Source: Escherichia phage CMSTMSU
Sequence record: MH494197.1
Reading direction: 5' to 3' (one strand)
DNA: 64,000 nucleotides
Positions 54,231 to 64,000 of this stretch are shown piece by piece. The translations under genes and the position numbers were made by a program. The stretch's first letter is position 1. Each line of letters begins with the position of its first letter. Below the pieces are notes generated by a model. It was not told the origin of the DNA, searched no databases, and was given only the letters and a program-made list of their open reading frames with translations.

Positions 54231-54431
54231 TTAATCAATGATTTTATATTCACGATGACCATAGAATCCAGCCTCAAGGATGCGATTACCGTCAGCATCT
54301 TCTAAATCCCACCCACGGGATGTTTCGGCAATAATAGTCATGATGTGACCTCTTGGGAAAATTCCACTCAAGGTGGATACATCCTCAAGTAATTGAACCT
54401 TCTTACCAACATTCGAATTTGATTTAAACAT
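54231..54431 (-). CDS. hypothetical protein (66 aa)
   Basis: Track ORF. Confidence 0.4.
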   Translation of the reverse strand: MFKSNSNVGKKVQLLEDVSTLSGIFPRGHIMTIIAETSRGWDLEDADGNRILEAGFYGHREYKIID

Positions 54432-54635
54432 ACTTTACCCTTATTCGTTGATTACGTCAAGTACTTTGTCCAGTTTCTTACCAATACTATCCTTTGGTTT
54501 ATCACTATTCTGGAATACATTAGTACTGCAATACTCAGGACGGGTATTAGGAAACTTCTCGTTCATCCGAGTGACCATATACACCAAGAATGATACCTAC
54601 GATAAGAATGATGATTTGCATGATATATCCTCTAA

Positions 54636-55428
54636 TTAAATTACATACGGTTTATAGTAATGAATCTCGTTTGCGATTGCAGTGAAAACTTTATTATTAA
54701 ATCTTTCACCATAATCACGAAGTGATTCACCTTCTTCGCTTTCAATGAAGTAATTATATACTGGTAGACGTGCGGTGTCAACACCTATAAATGATTTCAT
54801 GTAAATTTGTACTAAACGATTCATTCCTTCATTTAAGCATTGCACCTCAAAGTGCTTGATACCTTTGTCTAAGTGTTTGAATGCATTCATGATACCACGT
54901 TTAAAATCACGCTGCATAGTACTGAATAGATTCTCAGGAACACTGTAATAGGTGACATTGATTTAAGAATGTATGTATCTTTAGCATTCTTAATATACTC
55001 AATAAAGCAGTAGTTAACGTCAGGCTCGATAGAACGATCAGCGTTATGATACCAGTGTTTAAACTCACTGTACTCAGCGAACTTATGCTGGCGTAATGCG
55101 TTACAATCTTCACACAGTGCAGTCATGTTCTCTTTATCATTACCGCCCTGAAGACAGTCCAGTACATTATGGTCTAACGTCATGCGTACAAGGCGTTTCC
55201 TTTAAGTACATAAGGTCTGAATTTATAACGGTCTTTAGTACTGTGTTTATGTAAAGTGAATACCACATTGGATTCACCACAACAATCACATTTAAAGCCA
55301 TCACGTGACATTACATGAATGAGTTTTCGAGTATTTGGGCCGAACTCAGATTTAGTAATGTTGCCAACAATTTCTGATGGGTCGTAGTATTTTGAATTCC
55401 GGCGAATCAATTCATCTATAGTGCTCAT
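54636..55428 (-). CDS. HNH endonuclease (frame breaks)
   Basis: Track ORFs 55180..55428, 54887..55183, 54636..54917 are consecutive; contain KCDCCGES...HKH and DHNVLDCLQGGNDKENMTALCEDCN. Confidence 0.55.
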
Positions 55429-55964
55429 TTTATATTATTCCTTCTATGTTACAACCTATAATTATTTTTGTAACTTCGATAACTCTTACCAAATGGTATC
55501 CGTGAAAAAGTTAAAACCATACATTTGTGCTAATGCATCGGCTTCAGATTTTGCACGGATACATGATAGATATAGTTCTCGTATATCGTCATCCAACGAT
55601 GCTTGTTTCTCGTCATTGATAACAATAGAACGAATCTCAAAACGAACACCATAACTCATTTAGTTTGTCCAACAATTAGTTTCTCTCTAGTATTACTATT
55701 GTAACACCACATTAATTCTTCACCAACTGTTCTAAGTGAAACGCTGTTTACTTGTTCATAAGTACTGTCACGTACTGCAATGCATTGATTCATTGAATTC
55801 ATTGGGGTGATTTGTACACCAGATTGTGGTGAAAGAGCAATAATTAAAAGATTACTGAATTCATTAGATATTCCTTAGTGGTTAATCATCCATCTCTTCG
55901 AGATGTCTGTTCGCTTCTAATACTACGTATTCTACGCGAATGAATCATAACTGTCAAGGACTTT

Positions 55965-56490
55965 TAATATTGACGGGATTTGAGGAAGGATTTTTCTTCC
56001 CCACATGGAGGGAATTTGACGCTGATGGTATCAGAGCTATTGCATTGAAGATTACTCATAATGAGTGCGAAAGCGGGTCATCCTGTTTCTCTCTACTTCA
56101 GTTTCATATGACGGTCTACACTTTTAAACATAGTGTATCTTCATTAAGTATCTATGCAATCAAATACTTAATGTGAGTACTCAAATTTTGGACGCAACTT
56201 TCCTGTACAAAATTCGATAACTCTCCTTAGATAATTCGTAAGGTGTTATCCTTATATGTCTATCGAGGAACCATCAGCTATCCTAACGTGGTTCTTTATA
56301 CAGCCGCATTGCCGTGAGGGGTTCAAACTATGCCCACATCTAACGGGTTTCTTTTGCTGTTCGCTACAATGAAAAGCTCATCTATCCTTTACATTTTCAA
56401 GTGAAGTAGGGGAAGATTGTCAGTACCAGTACTGTCATTGTGATTGTACATAGATCATTGTATCACCATTAATAAATTTGTCCCATAAAA
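55965..56490 (-). ncRNA. candidate structured non-coding region
   Basis: ~500 bp with no minus-strand ORF over 30 codons between terminator 56488..56515 and a TTGACA-17-TAGAAT promoter at about 55935-55963; locally GC-richer; 9-bp stem CATTAAGTA..TACTTAATG. Confidence 0.25.
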
Positions 56491-56515
56491 AGGCTGACCG
56501 AAGTCAACCCTTTAA
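56488..56515 (-). terminator. hairpin terminator after the sigma factor gene
   Basis: Copy of the recurring GGGTTGAC-TTCG-GTCAGCC hairpin with T-run; no TATAAT here. Confidence 0.5.
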
Positions 56516-56517
56516 TC

Positions 56518-57480
56518 TTAAAAATCTTCGAACTCGTAACCTTGCATCTTCACCATCTTACGCAGTCGTTCCATTGCTTCAGAGTACTTACGGTGCAATG
56601 AAGAACGAGCAGTCATGACCTTACCCTTCTCATCTTCAAAACCACTCTCAATGATTTCTCGTAGCGTTTCTGGTTCAGAATAAGAACCAATACCATGTAC
56701 ACGTTCAATCAATTCACGGTCTTTGGCAGATAGGTTACTCATCATTTCTGCAATACTTTGTACCAGTGGGTACTGACAGTTTCTACGCCTAAGTTGTAAT
56801 CAGGTTCAACTGAAGTAACAATGTCAGATAATGTACTTTCTGAATCATTACTCATTTTCATATTCAATGCTACATAAGTGTTATTGTAAGTTAGACAATT
56901 CTTAACGTGTTGAATCTCAATACCAGTCTCTTTTGACACCATCTCAGGAGTTGGGTATTTACCATGTTTCCTTTGATACTCTTCTACACAACGTTTCACA
57001 TAAATGTTATTAACACTCATATAACGTGGGAAATGCACTAGATAATTAGCATCTGCACTTTCGTTATAGATTGTCATGTACACAGTTGTTGTTGCATATG
57101 TAATGAACTTAACATTTTGGTAGTGTCGAACGTATGAATTGCTCGCATTAAACCTTCAACACCATAAGAAATCTTATCTTCAAATGGGATGAAACATGTA
57201 CACTTACGTGCAACACTTACTACCATTGGATAGTTGTAGCGAACCAAAAGGTCAATATTCTTTTCAACGTCAATACCATCACGCACTGCTTGGATGAGCA
57301 TTTCATTCGTTATCCCTTTAGGGCGAGTTAAGCTGATACCTGTTTTGGTTTCTCAAACTTGTGACCGTCATGTTCTTCTTCTTCGACGGAATCAAGAGCC
57401 TCTAATACGTTGACTTCTTCACTAGCAAAACACTCATCCAGTACTTCTTCAGAAATTGCATTTAAATCAAGCTTTTTCAC
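56518..57480 (-). CDS. sigma-70 family sigma factor (frame breaks)
   Basis: Track ORFs 57074..57301, 56742..57083, 56518..56745 plus a GTG-initiated N-terminal piece behind GGAGAAG; region-2-like YGVEGLMRAIHTFD, region-4-like LSAKDRELIERVHGIG...TLREI...ARSSLHRKYSEAMERLRK. Confidence 0.6.
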
Positions 57481-57602
57481 TTACTTCTCCTAATGAATGA
57501 AATCAAAAACGGTATACATTAATATTATCATCGGTATAGATATCATGGTTATGAACATCCATGAAGGTATCAAATACCTTATCAAGAAGAGTATTATACT
57601 CT

Positions 57603-57860
57603 TCATGTACTGCTATCAAGCATGTATTCACCACCACTACCCATAAAGAATGTATAATCATTATGGAGATAATCAATCTTCTTGGTAAACTTACCCTTAT
57701 TAACGATTAAGTGAATGATGTAATCTTTTGACACAAGAACACAGTGACAACTCGCCTTGCGGTCTGGTATCACAGTCTCTTGTGAAATCAAGTATCTCAG
57801 TACTTTGTTAATTTCACTAACCTCACCGCAAGCACTAAACAGTCGGTCGTGTACATACAA
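57603..57860 (-). CDS. hypothetical protein (85 aa)
   Basis: Track ORF. Confidence 0.35.
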   Translation of the reverse strand: MYVHDRLFSACGEVSEINKVLRYLISQETVIPDRKASCHCVLVSKDYIIHLIVNKGKFTKKIDYLHNDYTFFMGSGGEYMLDSST

Positions 57861-58416
57861 TGTTTTTGTGAAACTACACCATAACTAAGTTTTGGTTTCA
57901 ACGGGAATAGGTTCAAAATGAACGTTGCTCAGTTGATGTCACTTTTGAATCAGTAAGTAATACTCCCAAGCGTTTATCAATATAAACAGTCGTCATATTA
58001 AACCTTATCTAAAATTTATCATAGATATAATATTCTTTATCGTTGAATACATTAATTCCGGATCGAAGCGTTGAAGTGTATTCATGTATAATGAACTTTT
58101 AAATAAAAATACAATGCAACAAATTCAGATATATGCATATTCTTTTTATTATTACATAAATTCTTTAGCATTTTAATGCTATCAAAATCATCTTTATCAT
58201 ATCTGTACTGGTAAAATTATATCTATTGAACTGACACTCATAGATACGAAGTGCCATTATGTCAATACATGCTTTAGATTTACAGTACTTATTCAATACG
58301 TCATAATCACCCACACATAATGCTACAAAGATTTTATGCAAGCGTAGCTTTACCTTCAATAGTATAATAACCAAAGAACTTACTGATTAAGTAATGTATA
58401 AATCTAAGCATTGGAT

Positions 58417-58674
58417 TTAGAATTTCTCCGAAATTACCAGTGTATCATCATAGTCATCAGCAACCGTATTCAGTACTTCCAAATTACTTTCACCAGAAAT
58501 ACTTTGTACTTCGTTCAAAAGATAGTTTAGATCAACTTTAGTTACTTTTTCTGAATCAAACACACAGAAAGTCAATTCAGCGTTTGGACAGATCTTCTTC
58601 AGATTATCAGCAACAACTTGTTTGAAGTTAAAAGATGGGAAGCAACGGTTAACTGCAACGAGAATAGATTTCAT
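58417..58674 (-). CDS. hypothetical protein (85 aa)
   Basis: Track ORF. Confidence 0.45.
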   Translation of the reverse strand: MKSILVAVNRCFPSFNFKQVVADNLKKICPNAELTFCVFDSEKVTKVDLNYLLNEVQSISGESNLEVLNTVADDYDDTLVISEKF

Positions 58675-58748
58675 AATGTTTTCCTTTTTAGCTGATAATT
58701 AAATTAGGAGCACATTGTACTCCATGTTATTGGTTAAGTCAAATACTT

Positions 58749-59000
58749 TTAGATACCGAGTGCCGAATTTAATTCTTTACGCTTATTGTATGAATCAGAT
58801 TCAATCTTACTTTTCTTGTTGAAAAGGGATTCGATATCCTTATAGATTGCTTCGATAGATTTAGTTACTACCCATTCGGATTCCTGAAGCATAGCTTGAA
58901 GACGTGCGTACTCAACTTTGATAGTACTGCGAAGTTCTTCACAAGCTTCTTCGTTCTTAATTAGTGCTTCACTAAGTTCTTTGACCTTATCGATGTTCAT
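58749..59000 (-). CDS. hypothetical protein (83 aa)
   Basis: Track ORF; charged, helical-looking (MNIDKVKELSEALIKNEEACEELR...). Confidence 0.45.
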   Translation of the reverse strand: MNIDKVKELSEALIKNEEACEELRSTIKVEYARLQAMLQESEWVVTKSIEAIYKDIESLFNKKSKIESDSYNKRKELNSALGI

Positions 59001-59054
59001 AAGTTCCTTACCATTTCCCAGTTTTGATGTAATAATTATATATCTCTCAATAAC

Positions 59055-59378
59055 TCACGTCAACTGTTTTCCGTACCTTTCTCTGCCATTTTTGTGATGT
59101 GCCATTTGAGTACTGATTTGTGTACCATAAAAATGTGAATGCAAAGACTGTAATGGCTGCTGAAGTAACACTATTAGATAAAGACCAAGTTGGATGTTAG
59201 TACCTAAAATAACAATAAATGGATATAACACAATCAATCTACTGTAAGGTTCGTCTCCAGTATCACGGATAAATCCAAGCCTTTCATGATCAGTATCCAT
59301 AGTGACAATTGGACAGAACATAAGTGCAGACATAACAGCAATACCAATTTGTGCTACATTGGCAATTGTAAACCACAA
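59055..59378 (-). CDS. small membrane protein (107 aa)
   Basis: Track ORF; hydrophobic. Confidence 0.4.
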   Translation of the reverse strand: MWFTIANVAQIGIAVMSALMFCPIVTMDTDHERLGFIRDTGDEPYSRLIVLYPFIVILGTNIQLGLYLIVLLQQPLQSLHSHFYGTQISTQMAHHKNGRERYGKQLT

Positions 59379-59478
59379 AGGATTTAAACCATATGAAATG
59401 TTGTTTTCAGTACAGTAATACCCAAATGTATTGATTGCACAAACTAAAAATACAAAAATACAAATCTTATTGTATCCC

Positions 59479-59754
59479 TCATTTGTTTAGCTCCGTTAAT
59501 TTTCGTTTAACTTCAAGATCATAATACTCATCAGCATATGAGTTTTGAACAGTTCTTGTATATTCCAACATAACAAACATAGAACCACACACCCACAGAT
59601 AAGTATAGTAATCAAATACAAAAGCATAGATAATACATGGTATTAAAATAAATGTAAACACAAAACTATATCTCTTAGTACCGAATACTTTAACAAAAAG
59701 CAGACGGCGGCAATCACGTGCAAATGTATGAATACATATAGAAAATATAATCAA
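59479..59754 (-). CDS. small membrane protein (91 aa)
   Basis: Track ORF; hydrophobic core. Confidence 0.4.
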   Translation of the reverse strand: MIIFSICIHTFARDCRRLLFVKVFGTKRYSFVFTFILIPCIIYAFVFDYYTYLWVCGSMFVMLEYTRTVQNSYADEYYDLEVKRKLTELNK

Positions 59755-59899
59755 TGAATACCATGAAATGCCCGGATTACACCTGAAACATTTACAAGTT
59801 TATGTCCGTCTGAAACCCCAGTGCATTAAGCACTGGAGCCATAACCCAATAATAGCAATAAGAAATAGATACTTTGCATTGCTAAGTGTGAACATTATT

Positions 59900-60351
59900 T
59901 CAGTCCCCATGCCTTTTAATAGCATCCACTGCGTTCTGGTCTACGACTTCCTGTTTAGTAGCACTGGTTTGTAGTTTATCAATTACATAGTTCTTAGCAT
60001 CTTTTTCAATCATAAACTTACCATCAACTAAACACCCAAATACTTTAGAGTTACGTGCTGGATATGTCCCGATTTCATCAAGAGTACGAACTTTCTTATC
60101 AACTACAATTGCTTTGATGTAACCAGTTTCCAGTACTGTAGTAATGACAGTCATTTCGATTGCAATTGGTGACTCTTCCCAGAATGCAATCCACTTGGTG
60201 AAGCTGCGATCCGGTGAATCTTTGTTGGCTTCAGTTTAATTGCACTGTTGAAAATGTACTGCTTGAATCCATCTTCAACCACTTCACTGATACTTAGGTA
60301 TCCTTCACGTTCTTCTGCGTTGCGTTTGAATTGAGTAGCTAATACGTCCAT
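59900..60351 (-). CDS. hypothetical protein (frame break)
   Basis: Track ORFs 60151..60351 and 59900..60154 abut in different frames. Confidence 0.4.
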
Positions 60352-60404
60352 CGTTAAATCCTCTTGTCAGTTATTGCGGTACGAAGCTATTATACTGCCA
60401 TTTA

Positions 60405-60716
60405 CTATTTGGAGTCAACACATTTCAACAAGTATTTTTCTATGTATCTTATATGTGATGGTGGTAACAGTAAGTTTTCGTATCTAACCCTGTACACACT
60501 ACAATCGCCTAGATGAAAGTGACTGGTAGGATACAAGTCAGTTCTAATACTAACACGTTTACGATTATCAGTAAAGTTAATTAATGATTTTGGATTGTTA
60601 TTAGCATGAGTTCTTACAAAGTATTCAATTTCATTGAGTGCTTTTTCGTCGTATACATACTTGTCAAACACACCTAGTGTAAAGTACCTTGGATGGTACA
60701 TATATGAGAATAACAA
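60405..60716 (-). CDS. hypothetical protein (103 aa)
   Basis: Track ORF. Confidence 0.45.
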   Translation of the reverse strand: MLFSYMYHPRYFTLGVFDKYVYDEKALNEIEYFVRTHANNNPKSLINFTDNRKRVSIRTDLYPTSHFHLGDCSVYRVRYENLLLPPSHIRYIEKYLLKCVDSK

Positions 60717-60843
60717 TGCAGGAATATACTTCTTTATCCTTCGTGTTTTGCAATAGCTGACGCATATGCAAAATGTGATGCATCAGAGAAGATGTTAAGA
60801 AAAATGAAATATGACACTAATAAACCTAGAATCAGCAAAAGTG

Positions 60844-61301
60844 TCATTCAAAACCTCTGTATTTTTCATATACTTCAACACATTCCATGATCTTGTCATC
60901 ATCGGTCATGTCATAACCCTGAAGAAATTCTTCTTTATCAACCTTAGCAGCCATCATGTCACCATCCGAGATCCTCGAATCATAGAATGTGTACATATCT
61001 TTATAGTACTGCTTGTTGTGCTGTTCATCCTTAACCTTAGCATACCCAGCACAAAACGATGGCGATTTGACTACATTCCATTTATGCTTTTTGATAGGCT
61101 TATCATTAGCATGTTTTTCACGGTATTGCTGGCGGTAACGTTCACGCATCTCAGGCATGTATTCTTCAGCAGTACGTTTTGGTTGGGCTTTCCTGTTCCA
61201 ATCGTCTTGATTGTTTGACGCTGGTCTTCCGCATGTGCTGGTGCAACAAAGCAGGAAGTACTGAATACAACAGCAGTGATTACTAGAAAGTGTTTAAACA
61301 T
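60844..61301 (-). CDS. secreted hypothetical protein (frame break)
   Basis: Track ORF 61071..61307 gives signal-peptide-like MFKHFLVITAVVFSTSCFVAPAHA, continuing by frame break into 60844..61158. Confidence 0.45.
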
Positions 61302-61893
61302 AATCAAACCTCTTTTACAATAATGTCGATTTGCACAGGAATAGCAATCTCACTGTTGCATGAATAAACATCTGCACAGTACTCAATATCTAGTACTTCA
61401 TAGTATTTTTCAAAGCCACAGATTGTAAGATTCAACGTAGCACCAATAGCTGGCAATACGGGAAAGGATAAAATGCAATTTTAGAATTAAATTCTTCATT
61501 AATATCTTGATATACAGTTGCTTGAATCATAATGGTAACTCCTGAAGTGGTTTAATAATACTCAGTACTGGGTGATTTTCAATCATTGGTCGCCCGTACA
61601 CCTGTTAGCACAACTGGAATCGAACTAATGTCTTTTACATAGTTGAATCCCTCAAATGTGAATTCTTGCTTTTTCTCATTATACAATACCCACAGAATAA
61701 CGTCAGCTTTTTTCTGTATATTTTTAACTGTCGAGTACTAACACATGGTCCAAAGTCGGTCCACGATTTGTACTTGATACCTTTCACTTCAATTCTTAAG
61801 TTGTTTACTTTGATATCACATTCCCCATCACGTCCATCACTTTGGAACGCTGGATCGATGTTAAGTGCAATACCTGAATAGTTTTCAATTTCA

Positions 61894-62103
61894 TTAAAAG
61901 TACAAATGACGCATGTTCACATACCATACCAACAAAATGACTGTGAGCGTGATTAAACCCATACGGCGATTTGCAGGTGCAAGAATTTTATATCGTTCGG
62001 ATTTCTCAATTGCTTTAGCCATAAAAGAATCAGCTTCATCTTTGTATAGCTTAACAGTCATTTTACCATTTTTCAGTACTAAACGTTTTTCTACAACACT
62101 CAT
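61894..62103 (-). CDS. small tail-anchored membrane protein
   Basis: Track ORF 61894..62157 trimmed to Met after AAGGGA (MSVVEKRLVLKNGK...); C-terminal hydrophobic helix; TTGACT-16-TATACT upstream. Confidence 0.45.
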   Translation of the reverse strand: MSVVEKRLVLKNGKMTVKLYKDEADSFMAKAIEKSERYKILAPANRRMGLITLTVILLVWYVNMRHLYF

Positions 62104-62216
62104 AAAATCCCTTATTGATATTCCATTTAAGTATACGTCAAAACACAACTCAGTCAAGGTGCTTTTTACCTATCTAGAATAAATACGTTATAATAATTAT
62201 ACCAATGGAGGGATGA

Positions 62217-62489
62217 ATGTCAAGATCGATTGCTGCTGCTGGACGATATAAGTTCGGTGAATGTGGTTATATAGTCGATGGTGCAATTCTCAACGATGGG
62301 ACTAAACTCAAAAATGTTCGAATCTATCGTCAGAGAAGCCATAGATTATATGATTTACTTGATCCTGTAAGTAATGTAATTTATCGTAAAGTACAAATTA
62401 CAACAAAGGATATACAAGGATATCAATTAAACTACAACAAAACTAATGACCAAATCCTAAGTGAAATAAGAAAGAACTCTTTTTCGTAA
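62217..62489 (+). CDS. hypothetical protein (90 aa), plus strand
   Basis: Track ORF; GGAGGG upstream of ATG; AATAAATA and TATAAT-like boxes just upstream. Confidence 0.5.
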   Translation: MSRSIAAAGRYKFGECGYIVDGAILNDGTKLKNVRIYRQRSHRLYDLLDPVSNVIYRKVQITTKDIQGYQLNYNKTNDQILSEIRKNSFS

Positions 62490-62548
62490 GAGGATACTCA
62501 GATGCTAAACTTGAATCAGATCCTACTGGGTTTGTTTATAAGTTTCTT

Positions 62549-63373
62549 TTGCACAAAACAATTCTAGGTAGTTCACAAACACTATATAATATGTACACCC
62601 CTGAATGCGGGATTATAGATAGAGATATAGACAACATCCTTATGTTCCCAACGTTCGTAGGTGATGATTTGGTAGGTGGTCGCCTATTCAACGCAGGTTC
62701 AGCCATTGATACAACTGGAATGCGTATTACCGTTATACTTCCTGACGGAACCGAGTACTTCACAACTGAAATAATTGATGATGTTTTTAGTATTCCAGTT
62801 GATCCAATTACTCAATCCGGTAAAGGAACCATCATACTCACTTCTGACATATATAATACCAAAACTATTGAATTTGATATACTAGAAAGCGGCGAAGATA
62901 TTGACTTCGTTACTTCAGTACTTCTATCTCAGTTTGAGTACACGTCTGATGGTATGTACATGGCAACTGTACCAGCTACTGTGCATGAACGTGGTGAGTA
63001 TCTTGCTCTACAAGCATACAGTGGTGATTTATTCCAAATTGGAGTAGACCTCATTGTAGATCCTAGCGGTAATATTACTGTGTACCAAACTGATGATGCT
63101 CCAATCTCATTGAGTATTATTGGTAAAACCTTACACACCACTCCATATCACAACACGTATACTGATAGTGATTGGGTAGATGATGGTGATTCTATGTACA
63201 CACTGTCCATTCCTGCCAGTGAACATGGTAAAATCCTCCCACAAGTTCAAGTCTATGCTGAAGACAATCACGTTGTACTAAGTGAAGTTGAACTAGATGC
63301 CGATGATAATGTTGTATTAAAAGTTGTTGAACCATTTGGCTGTACTGTAGTCATTGTTGGTTATAACGCATAA
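62549..63373 (+). CDS. hypothetical protein (274 aa), plus strand, possibly structural
   Basis: Uninterrupted track ORF, acidic and Thr/Val/Asp-rich; followed by terminator 63379..63408. Confidence 0.6.
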   Translation: MHKTILGSSQTLYNMYTPECGIIDRDIDNILMFPTFVGDDLVGGRLFNAGSAIDTTGMRITVILPDGTEYFTTEIIDDVFSIPVDPITQSGKGTIILTSDIYNTKTIEFDILESGEDIDFVTSVLLSQFEYTSDGMYMATVPATVHERGEYLALQAYSGDLFQIGVDLIVDPSGNITVYQTDDAPISLSIIGKTLHTTPYHNTYTDSDWVDDGDSMYTLSIPASEHGKILPQVQVYAEDNHVVLSEVELDADDNVVLKVVEPFGCTVVIVGYNA

Positions 63374-63378
63374 CAAAA

Positions 63379-63408
63379 AGCCACTACATTGTAGTGGCTT
63401 TTCTTTAT
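63379..63408. terminator. bidirectional hairpin terminator
   Basis: AGCCACTAC-ATT-GTAGTGGCT then TTTCTTTAT; lies between converging plus and minus genes. Confidence 0.55.
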
Positions 63409-63419
63409 CTATATCTTAT

Positions 63420-64000
63420 TTGAAGTTTTACGTAGAACTTCTTCCAGTGTTTGTTCTGGATTAGCAATTGCAACAGTGTAAATCAAATCTTTGAATGCCT
63501 GTACTGCTTGCTCAGTTGCTTCTTTACCGAAGTTAGCTGAAATACTGCTAAACATATTTTCAGCACGTTCAGAACTAATTAGTTCATTAACAAAGGTATC
63601 AATCTCTTTTTGAGTTGACCAGTGGTCATGTCACCAATTAGCATTTCATCAACTTCTGGCTTTTCATCAGTACTAACACGTACATTTGTAAAACCAAATA
63701 CATCATCCAGTGAACCAAAACTATGTTTAACTTTAGTAACAATAGATGGCTTAGTGCGTTCTACTGGTTCTTCTTGTTTCTCTTCAGAATCAGTACTTGA
63801 TTCGTATGGCTTGTGAACATATGAGTGAGAACGTCATCAATGTTTTTAATCATACCTTCAACACGTTCTTCAGTTTTCTTAGTAACTTCTTTGAATGCTT
63901 GCTCAAGTAGACGATCTTGAACTGTAGTACGTACATCACCAACAACACCACGTAATTTTTCATTACACTGGTCTAGAATTGATAATAGTTCACCACTTTT
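63420..64000 (-). CDS. hypothetical protein, 5' end outside window (frame breaks)
   Basis: Minus-strand frame ends ...AIANPEQTLEEVLRKTSNK with stop at 63420; open frames continue to window edge. Confidence 0.4.

Noticed and set aside
55965-56490. Group I intron in the ORF-free segment
   Set aside because: No flanking split gene and no recognisable conserved intron core elements by eye; kept only as an unspecified structured-RNA candidate.
35100-61218. Plus-strand track ORFs in the minus-strand block (e.g. 35100..35285, 38133..38342, 43343..43597, 45165..45371, 49838..50149, 55421..55654, 60811..61218)
   Set aside because: Antisense to better-supported minus-strand genes; no ribosome-binding sites or promoters seen.
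62180-62216. T4-type late promoter (TATAAATA) upstream of the plus-strand genes
   Set aside because: Only an approximate AATAAATA match; the array genes use a different conserved TATAAT module, so a T4-style late promoter is not supported.
62300-62330. tRNA-like GTTCGAATC (T-loop-like) sequence
   Set aside because: Lies inside coding ORF 62217..62489 with no acceptor or anticodon stem around it; no tRNA cloverleaf found elsewhere by eye.
1-64000. Prophage or integrative element (integrase, att sites, transposase)
   Set aside because: No integrase- or transposase-like ORF and no flanking direct repeats; organisation is that of a virulent phage.

Overview
AT-rich, densely packed, phage-like window; it reads like the accessory/early region of a large virulent phage. 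Calls are from manual reading of both strands plus the ORF track, with no database searches. Three blocks stand out. (1) 1-5.6 kb: short minus-strand genes each behind a near-identical sigma70-type promoter, then an ORF-poor hub with promoters on both strands and several repeat families. (2) 5.6-10.4 kb: a head-to-tail array of about two dozen ~200-bp units on the minus strand, each encoding a 57-77 aa paralogue with an N-terminal (E/Q)(F/Y)Y motif. (3) 10.7-31.4 kb: seventeen plus-strand genes that all begin with the same 12 residues, MLPF[VA][RL][ML][FV][DK]YGN, mostly behind the same hairpin terminator / TATAAT / AAGGAGG cassette. Sixteen have bodies of RCC1-like beta-propeller repeats and one is a glycine-rich domain protein; this array is the best candidate for an undescribed system. 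(4) 31.3-64 kb: minus-strand small genes, many for secreted or membrane proteins, punctuated by nine copies of a hairpin terminator, five of which embed a consensus promoter. Recognisable genes here are a T4 DenV-like pyrimidine-dimer glycosylase, a sigma70-family sigma factor, an HNH endonuclease, a P-loop NTPase, a small protein-kinase-like gene and a tandem-repeat protein. Many genes, including conserved ones, are split into adjacent ORF pieces by single-base frame breaks, several at homopolymer runs; this looks like indel sequencing error, so CDS ends are approximate. No tRNA, rRNA, CRISPR array, integrase or transposase was found.
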